Of a stretch of 64,000 bases of DNA, positions 14,010 through 53,099 are shown in pieces. Every line of letters begins with the position of its first letter. The stretch's first letter is position 1. The notes beneath the pieces were generated by a model that made no database searches, was not told where the DNA came from, and worked only from the letters and a program-made list of their open reading frames with translations. The translations under genes were made by a program, and so were the position numbers. Source of the DNA: Octopus vulgaris (Eukaryota); contig OX597827.1 of the NCBI GenBank assembly GCA_951406725.2, positions 82,956,001 through 83,020,000 on the forward strand, in the 5' to 3' direction.

Positions 14010-17000
14010 TATCAGAAATATTAAATTTCTAAATATCTCATAGAGATATGTATGGTGGTGGGGCGATAGAGTGGTTGTATACTGTCAACTTAACGTGACA
14101 GTAGGGGATTAGACCACCGCTGTTTAGCCCTAGGAAGCATCGACGCTTCCTGTCGGCCTTGACACATTTCCTGTGTCCTTATATATTTACGAAGGGGAGA
14201 CAAATACCCGCAACAGCTAGGAGGCCTGCTAGCTGCAGATATCTGTCTCAACTTTGTAAATATATATATATATAAGATGGTGTTATAGATTAATGGATGA
14301 GCCAGATTATCACTGTCTAAAACCATTGCTGTATAACATTTGTAAAATATTTTAGTGAAAGAAACCTAAATAAAAATCATTTTATTTTGACAGGTGAAGT
14401 TTGCTGCTTATAAGAATGGTATAGAAGAGCTGGAGCTTGTCTTCAATGGTCGCAATTCAACAAAGAGTGATTGGTTTAATTTCCAGAGACTTATCTCTTC
14501 GCCATGGACTGATTTAAGTGAAGCAACAATTGCCTACTTTGGTATAAGTCCAACGAGGTAAGTGGAACTGATGCCACTGAGACATTTCCTGAAACTGTCT
14601 TCAGGGTGGACAATAACAGGATGCGTTCTGGCTGTCTTGAACCACTTAACGCTTTTAAGACATTGAAATCACACTCATAATGAAAAGAAAGATAATTAGT
14701 GTCAATTAGAATTATAGTGAAGAAAATCAAAGGATAGAACACAAATTGATTTTAATTAAATGAAGATAAGCAGTGACGATGAGTTTGATCTATCTTGTAT
14801 GAAGTAACAGGACCAGGTTTCAGTTTTATTTAAACTTCTTAGCAAAGAATAATTCAAGGTGAACTTAGCAAAAATATGAATGACTATGAAGAGGATTAAC
14901 TGATATTTCTTAGATAATTATTCACTCATTAAATCATTAAAAATTATGACAAAATTGGGAAATTTCAGAGAGTGTCTTCTGCCTTAAAAACATAGTCAAG
15001 CATTGTTGCCAACGATATTTGATATAAAGAAACAAAAACAGCATTTAATCAATTGATATTACAATTATAATAAGAGGAACAACTAATTAAGATTAATGAT
15101 TAGGGAAAACATTTATTAAGATTATTGATATTCCTTGTGAAGGAAAACAACAGGGAAAAGTTTAACATTTAAATGGGAATTATGGGATTGCTATCACAAA
15201 CAGCACAGCACATGTAATAAATACATACATACACTATATACACAGATATTACTGCCACATTCTATACACACAATATATACACCAACATATGATATACAAC
15301 CATCATACAGTATACATATATACCACACAAAATATACTCAAACACAAATGATGCAACTCTACAAACTCCATTCACATTATCTGCCATACAATATGAAAAT
15401 AGATTCTCCCACTGTTTATTGCCAGACTTTATATTGAATCTATGCATTTCTGCATTATCCTGGGCTTTTTGTTTAGTGTTTGTCTGTTGTTATTGTTGTC
15501 TTGTTAATAATTTATGTCGTTGCTATTGTCATCCTGTTTACTGTTTATTTTTGTGCTTGTCCTATTTAGTGATTGTAATGTTGTCCTATTTAGTATTTGT
15601 ATATTGTTAACTGTTGCATCATATTTATTGTTTGTGTGGAGTGGCATCTGTTTACTGCTTCATGATTATATATATGTACCCTGCACTGCTGTCCTGTATT
15701 ACCCAGGTATATTCTGGATATTTGAACAGAGCTGAGTTGGTGTAAGTCTACAATTGAAATAGGAATGTCGTGTTTATTATAAAGGAGCTGAAAAAATCTT
15801 CATATTGTTATTCTAGTTATTTTCATTGATATTCTTGTTCTTGTTTTTGCAGTTGTCTTTATCCATTTTATATCACTTTTTGTTGTTGTTATTGTTATCA
15901 TAATCGCTGACATTCTTCTTCCATCATTAATCACCATTTGATTCTCCCTTTCAGACAAAGGCACTTTTATGTATCCCAGGTTCAAATTGGTTGTGAACGT
16001 CTTCTGTCCTGGTTGATTGTTAGTGAAGCAGCACGCTGCTCGTGGCAGGAAGCTGAGTACTACCCCACACTCATCTATTCACCTCTCACAACATCTGTCA
16101 CCATTTCTTCAGGTGAGCAGGCAAAATACCGTAAAGACAAACTTCTATTTTACTCTAACAACCTGTCTGGGAAATCCCTTGCACTTTCCAGTTGATGGAG
16201 AAAGGTTTCCCAAACAATCTCTAAACAGTGATGAAAAGATAGGGAACTGTTTTCTTAGATGGGACTGTGCAGATGTCAAAATGTTGTGTGCCTTGATGGT
16301 AATTCTCAAGGGTCATAAACAACTATAAATAGAAGATTTGATGTATTTAAACAAATGATGCAGAAAACTATCTCTTGCTGTAATTGCATCAAATTGTCAC
16401 AAAAGATTGTTGAAAAACTTGAATGAACATAAATGATCCCCCCCCCCATGGCTTTTCGAGCAGACTTTGTATGGATGCATCTTGGTAGAACTTGAGAAAA
16501 CCCATCTGACTAGTCTGGGTTTGGGATTCTGTTACCCGACACAATGAACAGTTTTTGGAGGAGGACAGCCAAAGTCATTGGACAAGTTATCAGCAAATAT
16601 CTGAAGATCAATGATTTCTTTGGATATGACGAAGACAATCACATGATGTAAGGCAGATTCTATGGCTTCCGCAATGTGTCTTGGTTTGTCTGTTTCTGTA
16701 GGCAGGGTTTTGAACAGATTATTCCAGTATTGGAATTATACAATTTTTTGCTTTAGAATCAGTTACTTCAAGGATTTTGGCTGTGTTCCTCAAAAACATT
16801 AATTATCTAATTAATTATCCAAAATATTAATTATCTAATTATCTTAACTTCCCTGTTGATAGCCAGTTTATGTTGAAGAATGATAGTGGAGGAAGACACG
16901 CAAGTCAGGTACCAAAAGGACTGATTTGGTAGTTGAACCATTTCCCACAGTCCCTCAATCACAGAACCACAGTGTACTTTTGATTGGCCTGGGATCGTGA

Positions 17001-17771
17001 CGAAGTTAATGGTAGATTGAAGGCAGACACATACATGACATATACTGCATTCTAGCATATATCTGTGAGTGGAGAATGTGTAGAGAGAGTGAAAGAGTGA
17101 GATGGTGTGATAGTTAAGAATGGGTACAGGGCTAACAATGTAATCTGATGTCAGAGGTCAACTGACCCCTAAAATCTGTTTGTAAACTTGAATTTGTACA
17201 ACTCAAACATCATGTGATCTTTTGTTTTGCTTCAGGGGGAAGAAGAGGTGATGCTGTGGCAGTCTTCATCAAGTTGATATAGAAACATCAAGACAGTGAG
17301 TTCCATCCAAAGGCAAAGTCTCGGACACACAACTCCAGCTGGTCCTTTATTTGACCTCAGAAATTCCAATATTTTTACAAAATTGATGAACTGCAATTTG
17401 TCTTCTAAAAACTCCTGCGGCATGCAATATGGGCCCCCAGTTTGAGAACCCATGACTTTGGGGATAGAGTTGAGAGTGTGATAAATGAATTGTAGTAGTT
17501 TACTTTAGCCATCATGGTTAAGACCATGCTGGAGCACTATATTGTACTGATCATATTTAGTAGTGATTAGTATTCTTGGTCGATATATCAATAGAAAAAG
17601 ACTATTTTGAATAAATCTTGTTTTAAATAAGCTTTACATTGTTAATGTGTTGTTGTTTTTTTAGGCTATGGCCTGTGCAGCCAATACATCGTTGGTATCC
17701 ATAGAGTAAGGGTAGCAATCCACAAAGGGGGTACAATACTCAGACAACAAATGAACAATGGCAAATATTAA
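9040..17771 (+). CDS. Secreted PAN/Apple-domain protein with uncharacterised C-terminal domain (~305 aa, 5 coding exons)
   Basis: Exons 9040-9346, 13053-13234, 14394-14557, 15955-16112, 17665-17771 with GT-AG introns of phases 1,0,2,1 give one open frame. Signal peptide; PAN-like CAQMC..DCEYFTY..RQC; then FNGRNSTKSDWFNFQRLISSPWTDL. Last exon is less certain. Confidence 0.8.
9651..11192 (-). mobile_element. 5'-truncated RTE-clade LINE with (GAT)n tail, in PAN-gene intron 1
   Basis: Minus strand reads CPWELLYADDLAL, GLRVNLAKTKVL, FRYLGD, RLCWYGHVLR, GRSRPRKTW; 3' UTR has internal tandem repeats; tail at 9651. Confidence 0.9.
11177..11349. repeat. Inverted repeat with (GAA)n/(TTC)n arms
   Basis: AAGGGAACTGAGGGCTGAAGAAG... 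at 11177 and its reverse complement ...CTTCTTCAGCCCTCAGTTCCCTT ending at 11349. Confidence 0.9.
13053..13234 (+). CDS. PAN-protein exon 2
   Basis: tttgtag|..LQKKWFKIYSLT...FYRNTLMDQWTILPIDQ|gtgagt. Confidence 0.8.
14394..14557 (+). CDS. PAN-protein exon 3
   Basis: gacag|VKFAAYKNGIEELELVFNGRNSTKSDWFNFQRLISSPWTDL...|gtaagt. Confidence 0.85.
15955..16112 (+). CDS. PAN-protein exon 4
   Basis: ttcag|QRHFYVSQVQIGCERLLSWLIVSEAARCSWQEAEYYPTLIYSP...|gtgagc. Confidence 0.8.
17665..17771 (+). CDS. PAN-protein exon 5 (terminal, tentative)
   Basis: Strong acceptor ttttttttag|; phase 1 matches; YGLCSQYIVGIHR...KY* (internal donor AGA|gtaagg also possible). Confidence 0.55.
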
Positions 17772-17864
17772 GAAATAGTATTCCAGGTAGAACTTTTATT
17801 TTAGCAACAAACAAGAAAACTGAAGTCGGTTGGGGTTAGAAATGAACTTCCTAAGCACAGGTTT

Positions 17865-19785
17865 AGAATCATGCAAAGAGGGTGGTTGCGAGGTCTATGA
17901 GGAAGGAGGCTGGGGAGGGGTGGAGCAGGCTGGATGAGAACCCAGATAGAGTGTTTAGGTTTATTAAATCAATGGAAAATGATGGATGTTGAGGGAGGAA
18001 GATTCATGAGGAGGAATGATGGAAGGTTGAATTTTAGTGCGAAGGACGGGAGAAGAGTTTGGAAGGAATTATGAATGAGGAGAATGAATGGAATCAGAGG
18101 GTGGATGTTGCTGTGGTGAAGGGGCCAATAGAGAGGGTTAGTCGGGAAGAAGTAGTGGAGGCAATGAAGGAAATGAAAACAGGAAAGGGCAGCTGGTCCA
18201 TCAGAAGTAAGTGTGGAAACGATAACTGCAAGTGGAGAGATGGGTATTGTTGTGTTGATGGAGCTCTGCTGGACGGACGAGGAATGCCAGGGGACTGGAC
18301 ACTAAGTGTGGTGGTACTGATCTTCAAGGGGAAGGGAGATGTGATGAGTTGTGGGGGCGTATAGAGGAATGAAGTTATTGGAGCATGCAATGAAGATGGT
18401 GGACAGCATGTTGGAGAGGAGAGTTCAGAAAGGGATGGATGTGGATGAGATGCAATTTGGTTTTATGCCAGGAAGGGGGACACTAAATGCAGTGTTCACT
18501 GTAAGGAGATTGCAGGAGGAATTCCGAGATAAGGGGAAGGAGTTGTACATGTGTTTCGTTGATCTGGAAAAGGTATATGATTAGGTCCCAAAGAAGGTGA
18601 TAGAGCGGGCATTGAGGAAGAGAGGTGTACTAGAGGCAATAGTGAGGGCAGTGATGAGTTTTTATGAGGGGGTAAAGACAAGAGTGAGAATTGGATCAGA
18701 GCTGTCGGAGGAGTTTGTGGTGAAAGTTTGTAGTGTGCATCAGGGATCTGTGCTGTCACCATTGTCGTTTGCAACAGTGATTGATGTGGTGACGGAGAGT
18801 GCAAGAGAAGGATTGATAATGGAGATACTGCATGTGGATGACCTTGTTCTGATGAGGGAGAACATGGAGGGATTGAGGGAGAAGTTTTGGAAATGGAAGG
18901 AGGTGTCTGAAAGTAAGGGTTTGAAGGTAAACCTTAGGAAGACAAAGGTGATGGTGAGTGGAGTGGAAGAAGTGTAAGGTGGATCCATGTGGTGTATGTG
19001 AGAGAAGGGTTATGGAAAATGCAGTGTTGTGTATGAAATGTGAGAAATGGACTCATGATAGAAAATGAAGAAGGTAACCCAAGACTGGTGAGAGAGTTTG
19101 TTTGTGGAAGATGTGAGAAAGGAGCTGGAGGGCCGGCAGAACCAGTAGAAATGCTATGTGACAAGGTAGAAACGATGAGAAGGTTTTGTTATTTGGGAAA
19201 TAGGGTGGATGTAAGGGGTGGATGTGACAGCAAGAACGAAACTTGGCTGGGAAAAGTTGAGGGAATGTGGAGCAATGTTATATGGGAAAAGGGGTCTCAT
19301 TGAAGATGAAAGGAAGGGTCTGTAAGAGTTGTGTGAGAGGTGCAATGCTGTATGGGAGTGAGACATGGTGTCTGAGGGAGAGAGAGAGAGAGAGATGGCA
19401 ATTTTGAGAAGGACTGAGGAAGCAATGGTAAGAGAATGTGTGGAGTGAAGCTGTTTGATAAGAGGAGGGCTGAGGATTTGATGGGGATGCTGGGGTTGGC
19501 GGAATTGGTGAAATGGTTGGCAAGGGTGAATGGAGTGGTGGTGGTATGGGCATGTGTTGAGGAAGGATGAAGGGCATGTTCTGAGGAGGGTGATTGCATT
19601 TGAGGTAAATGGAGTGTGAAAGCGAGGAAAAAGTGGAGGAGGAGATTGGGAGGGTTGGTTTGAAAAAGGAGGACGCCCAAAACTGGGCAAGATAGGGTGA
19701 GGGTGGTTGCTATGGCATTGAGATAGATCTGGCCACCCCCGTTAACAGGGACAAAACCCGGACTTAAAACACTGGATGATGATGA
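17865..19785 (+). mobile_element. RTE-clade LINE remnant (RT region to 3' tail)
   Basis: QFGFMPGRGT, CFVDLEKVYD, HQGSVLSP, LHVDDL, KVNLRKTKVM, FCYLG, WYGHVL motifs with frameshifts; (GAT)n tail at ~19775. Confidence 0.9.
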
Positions 19786-21595
19786 ATAAAATATGTTGGT
19801 TTCCACTTAACGAGAAAGAAACATTGCAAAATAGAGATGAAAGGAAAAATAAATAACTCAAAGCTGTTTCACTGTTTTTATTCTAATAAAATATGGTTCA
19901 AATATTTTATTTGAAGAAATAAAAATTGTCAGTTTTGTAGAGAAAGCTTTAGAAAAACCTTGTCCAGCCAACATTTCAGAAATATCCACACCAAATCTAT
20001 TTTTGCTACAGTTTAAAGGAGAAATATGTTTCAGAAACCAAGTTTCTGGAAATATGATAATCACTCATCTATAATAATAATAATAAAATGAAACCTGATG
20101 AAGCAGACATTGAAAAGTTAATTTGTAAAAAAACATTTGTCGTACATCGAAAAAGCCCTGCACAAACACTGATCCTTACTTGTTGGATATAGAAGTTTGT
20201 TAAACCATTCTAAAAATAATTAAATTAGCAACAAGACTCAAACTTTATATGTAAATTTGGTGGGAATACAAACAATATAAAGATTGGTCAATAGAGTTTC
20301 TGAGCCATAAACTTATTTCAATGGCAAAATATCTTTAAAAGTTGTTATCTCCCTTGTTTAGAGCTCTTCTTTAATATGTGATGGTTTTGACTTTTGTCAA
20401 CCGAAATACAAATTGTAGCATATTTTATTTCATTTTATTTGTTCTTCTTGGTTGCTTTTCAGGATCCAATCAAACCAAAAATAGAAAATGAATTGAAGTT
20501 TGTTTTCATCAGTGACTCAACACATGTCTTTGTCTGATTTACATCAAGTAGGTGTGGTTGTTTTAATGTCCACTTTGGACAAGGTAAGGAAATTGAAATT
20601 AAGAATATTTTAATTAAATAAAGAGTGGAGAGGTAGATGTGTCAAAATTTGTAAATCAGAAAAGATATAATGAAAGATAAAGAAAAAATAGGGGTAAAAA
20701 AACAGACACGAAAGAAATAATAAAACCATGAAAGATATAAAATGATATGGCAAAAATATTCAAATATACAGGAAAAATGATGAAAAAATAATGAGAGAAA
20801 TTATAAAAACTACAAAAGAGAAATATCAAAAGTATAAAGAATAAAAATATTTGGAAGAAATTATAAAAAGATAAAATAATAATTATAAAGCCTGGATGGA
20901 ACAATAAAAAGAAAAAGTTTCTATATTTTTACAATTTACAAAGGAGTGAAAATTCCATCAGTAAAAATGAAAAGAATTATTTACGTGAGAAATAAAAGAG
21001 ATTTACATATGTAATAAAAGTAAGAGTCATGCAGGAGAGTTGTGTTCTTCTGTTTGAGATCTTACAAATAAAATAAAGAAATTGAAAATATTTACATGAA
21101 ACTTTCTCTCCCCAACAAACTCTAAATTTATGTTAAAATATATATATAACATCAATGTCAAAGTTCATCGAAATCTGTAATTAATCAAACAACTCATTAA
21201 AGGATTATTTGCTTGAAGAAACAAACTTAGACATTAATTGCTAAAATAAAGAAATATAAAGTTTTCTTTACTTTCTTCTTTAGAAATTTTTCGAAAGTTT
21301 GTTTTAAAAACTAAAAAAAAAATGAAACCTGACAAATCTTTCTCTAAAAACCTCCTCCATTTTCTTCTCAAATAAAATATTTGAACTTCAAGACTAAAAG
21401 AAAAAGAAAATTAAAAAATATTTTTGTTGTTTTTGTAAAATCTCAGAAAATAATTAAAAATTCACATTTTTTATCAAATTATTTTGTTATATTTGTCTAT
21501 CTGTCCAACTGTAAACGTTTTAAATATTTCACAAACTTTTGGTTAAAGGGTACATATTTTGCCAAAAATTGCCAAATTTGCTCCCACAGTCTTCC

Positions 21596-48638
<27,043 letters not shown>

Positions 48639-51600
48639 TGAAATATTTTTTTGTTTTCATCAAGACAATTATTTCTCTTGTTGTACAATATATTCAGTGT
48701 AAAAACCATCAACTTCTTGAAACACTAAGATATTTCGACTGCGGCTTCTCTTCGCCTCGTCTCGTCTCTGCAAAGACTCATGGGTAGTCAGTGTTATTAT
48801 GCAAATACTGTGAAATGTTCTACGTCCGGTAAGTGACCAGCCTTCCCCGGAAACTGAGAAGGATTAAATGATAACAGGAGTAAAGTGGTTTGATAAGGAG
48901 AACGAAATTTTTGTCAAGTGTAAAATTTATCTGCTAAACCACACTACACACAGAAACATCTACGTATATGGACGAACACAGCACGGGCGCCAGGTATTAA
49001 GCCTTTTCCCTTAAACCATCGTTAATTGTCCAAATATACCAACACCGAGCAATAACTTGGGAGGCATACAAGAAATGGTTATTGTAATATCTAGCAATGT
49101 AGCAGAATCGTTAGTACGGCGGACAAAAAATGCTTGGCTGCAGTTCGTCTTCCTCTACGTTCAGAGTTCAAATTCCGCTGAGATCAACTTTGGCTTTCAT
49201 CTTTCCGGGGTCGATAAAATAAGTACAACACTGGGGTCGATATAATTGACTTATCCCTTCGTCTTGCTGGCCTTGAGCCAACAACCAATATTTAGCAAAT
49301 TTTTTTCTGTATCTTCCAACGTCCCTCTCTCTGTTTGGTGATAAAAATAAATATCATCCATCTGCTGGTGTTGATTCATTTGTCCCTATCATCAGATTCG
49401 CGCAACCAAACTCTATTCTCGCCTACAAGGGACCAGCACGAAACCGCTCAACCGGCAAGAAATAGCAAGTAAATTTCAATCAACTTCTAACATGTAATCT
49501 TGACGAAGAAGAAAAAGGACAGATAAGATAATGTAGTCCTAGATACACGATTCCCGAGATAAAAAAAAAACAACAACAAAAACGGGATGGCCAATGTTTT
49601 TGCTTTTTTAATCAAAGCCAACTTCTGCACTTCATTGTGTAAAGATTATGGGACTCTGTGCACAACGTTACGGCGTTGAAGAGGTTGCTTTCCGGTAATC
49701 GCCTAAACTCATGATGCTCTTAGTGGCTTTTCATCCTTTAGGGATCGATAGAATATTAGTCCTGTACTGGGATCGATTCTTTTCAAATTCTTTCTGCCAT
49801 TTTCTCTCCTTCTCGAAGAAATCGATTGTGTCCAGGGCTGGAAAAGATCTTTTATCTCTAGGTCTAAAACTGCCAAATTCAAACCTTATGTCACGATGAC
49901 ACCCCTACAAATCCATCAAAGAATTTGAGGATGCGTAGCAAGGCATGAAGGATCATACATTTTCTTATTTGTAAGTTATTTATACTTTTTGATGGGGACG
50001 ATTGGAGGAGCAAATTGTGGAAAATATTAGAGGTGGAGAGCCCAATGTCGGGAGACGGGTGTATGTAGGGCTGAGAGAAGAGGAAGAATATGATTGGATT
50101 TGCTTGGAGTGAAGGAAACTCCAATGAAAGACAGATTAATCCCGTCGAAGTTACGAAATACCAGCGAAGACATGATAATCTCTGGCCAATAAGACAATGG
50201 ATTATTCCTGTGAATATTCCACAAAAAATGGGGGTGGGAGCTGGATTGACAGACGGACGGGAAATACCTTGTGGTATTTACCGACATCCCTTTACGTTCT
50301 GAACTGCAATGGAATTTGAATTTCTTGCTGGTGACTGTCGTTAAAACAGTACCAGTCATGTACTGAGGTCCACGTCTCCTTCTCCTTTATGTGTGCTCTC
50401 CTGTCAAGGTAAATACGAAAACTACTTTCGTTTCAAGATCTCGAGTTCAAATTCTGCCTGGTTTTAGCTGTCATCCTTCATGGGGAAGAGTTGCAATAAA
50501 TGATGTACCAGTAATAAACGGTGGTCGTTTCACTTAGTTTTGTTTCTTCCCTAGAATAAGTCTGTTCATGTCAGAAATCCGTTTTCAATAGAGAGCTTAA
50601 ATGTTCGTTCTCACCGTAAACTAGAAAAAGTAACGATCTGTATTTGGCAGAATATTAAAGATATCGAGATGAACCTCACCGTCGATCCTTCCGTGACCAA
50701 CCAGGCAAATATTAATTTCTAACATCGACAGAGGGCAACGATTTGGAGGCGGGTACAATCTATTAAATCTTCCTCAGTACTTCACGTGTACTTTATAACA
50801 ACTACCCTACCTTCACCCCTTCCAGAAAGAAAAATGTTTCAGTTGGTCCGGACGGGATTTGAACTCTGAACGCTAAGTATTTAGTTGCGGATGTAGCGAT
50901 TCGGCCGTGATGATGCTGTGAAGACCTTTATGCCTTAACCTCTCTTCCATGTGACACACTACTGCCAGTAGAATATTTTGTAGGCTATGGGCTGACACTG
51001 TATTTGTTGACTGTCATTATCTTTCCAATATATTACAGTGAACCTAGTGAGCGCGGTTTCAATTTCCAGTTGGAATTACATGATACATCATTCTATTTCA
51101 CCCCGCTCCACTCATAAATGGCTCCCCAGCTAGAAGTAGTGCATATCTCCCTCAAATACCACTCTAACCCTTTCCATTGTCCACTTAATTCCCGCGGACA
51201 CTAAATACACGGTCATTCACCGGACTCCTTCCATTGTCCTGTTTATTCTTATGTAACCCATGTCCAAAGTTATTCCAGTCGTGACCATCCCGTGATTTTT
51301 TGTGAGGTGCGATGTGAGGGGGTAAGACCAAGTTCAAATCGAAATTCTTTGTGCAATTGACCAATTTGTCTTCCACACACACATCAATTGAAATAGAAAA
51401 ATTCGATGGAACCCAAAAGCTGTTTGAAACTAAGTGGCCACTCTCACGAATAATGGACTAGTCTGTCTATAATGTTCTCGTTCTCTATATGGCTACCACC
51501 ACTCATCGTCAGTAATGGACTCGTCCTACTACAACCATTTTATTCTCTATCGAACAACTACGAGAAATTAAAGTCTTCACCAACGAATTATTTTCAACTC

Positions 51601-51976
51601 AATGTAAGTCCCTTATTTCATTCTCCTTCTCAGTTTTTGTCTTTCTTTTCCCCACTCCTTCTATCTTGCAGGATTTCTTTTCAGGGTCCTTCCAGCCCCC
51701 TTTAATGAGCTGCAAGTTCTTTACTGTCGTCTCCAAAGAACTATAATTACCTCCATGTTACTAATTACCCCAAATGTTTTACTAAAACTTCAGCTGGTAA
51801 TGGTGTTGATTAAATGTTTTATTTGTTTAACAGTCACTTCTCTCCATTGTCCTCTGGCCCCTGCTCTAACAAGTTTATCTAAATATATTTATTTCGTTAT
51901 AAATCTATCGAACATTTCTCCATTGAGTAACAACATATCTGCCACCCTTGAACACTCCTTTTTGTGTTAATATTTT

Positions 51977-52804
51977 TGGCGGACGTTGGCGAGAGGTGGT
52001 TCACATAAATTGTAATTTCTCGGTTTTGACCCGGGTTTTTCAGATTTTTTTTCACGGTGCTTTTGAAAATGATCTGGAGCATCTTTTTAACAAAAGTAAT
52101 TTTTTCGAAAAATGCTTTTATTTCTATTTTTTAACCCTCCATCTTCCTGTCTCTGGACGAATTTTGGTCGGTTTTTGTGGCTTCTACTATAGAAGCCTTT
52201 TCGGTAAAAAAAATATTTTCTGGCGAAAAGATGTGTAATTAAAGGGAGATTTGTCTGTTGTTTCTAGCATGTCGCATGACCACTTTCCTCGTTCCTTTCT
52301 CACTCTGATAAGTATTGATGTTTTCCAGTATTTTCTTCCCATTTTCTCGGCCATTAAAAAAAGTGTTTTTGAAAATTATTATTTTTATCAACCTGCACCT
52401 TACCGGTCGTGGAATATGCTAGAAAGAAACTCAAATCTCCCATAAATCACACCTTTTCGTCAGAAAATATTTCCTTTTTTTTTTTTTTATCGAAAAGACT
52501 TCTATAGTCCTTAAGGGCAGAGGTAAAGAAATATGCATACCACCCGTTTTCGGCGTAACCCTAACTACCGAAAACGAGTGATGTACGCATTCTTCGTCTT
52601 CGCCATTTTGAAGTGCGTGGTGCCCCCCCCCCCCCGCCTCCAAATCATGGTGAGGGGAAGATAAAGGGAATAAAAAAGTCTTTTTTTTGTTAAAAAGATG
52701 CTTCAGATCATTTCCAAAGACACCATGAAAATAAATCTGAAAACTCCCCGTCAAAACGGACAAATTCCAACTTATATTTGGCCACTTATCGCTGTCGTCT
52801 GCCA
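51977..52804. mobile_element. ~830-bp palindromic non-autonomous element
   Basis: Outer arms (gatctggagcatctttttaacaaaa / ttttgttaaaaagatgcttcagatc) and inner arms (actatagaagccttttcg / cgaaaagacttctatagt) are nested inverted pairs. Confidence 0.75.
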
Positions 52805-53099
52805 CATTTTCAATTTACTGTAAGTATTTCCACGCCGCCTATGCAACGGGGATACTCGAATTGCGCTGTATTTACAACTGTTTCAGAAAGTATTTCCAAA
52901 AATAAGATTCTTTAAATCCAGGTTTATGTCTGGACGAACACCCTGGGCAAATGTTGAGTTTCCAGTTAAAAAAAAAAAAAAAAGGACAAAACCAATTTTC
53001 TTAATTTCTTTTCAAAATAGAGCTTTTTCACTATTTTTAAAATGCCTCATAAACTTTCAAATGCTGTCAGCCGGTGATGCTGGTCTTGAGTTGTAGGAG

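Noticed and set aside
20463-20537. Alternative terminal exon of the PAN gene (DPIKPKIENELKF...*)
   Set aside because: Only an acceptor-like site; no homology or other support, so it cannot be distinguished from chance
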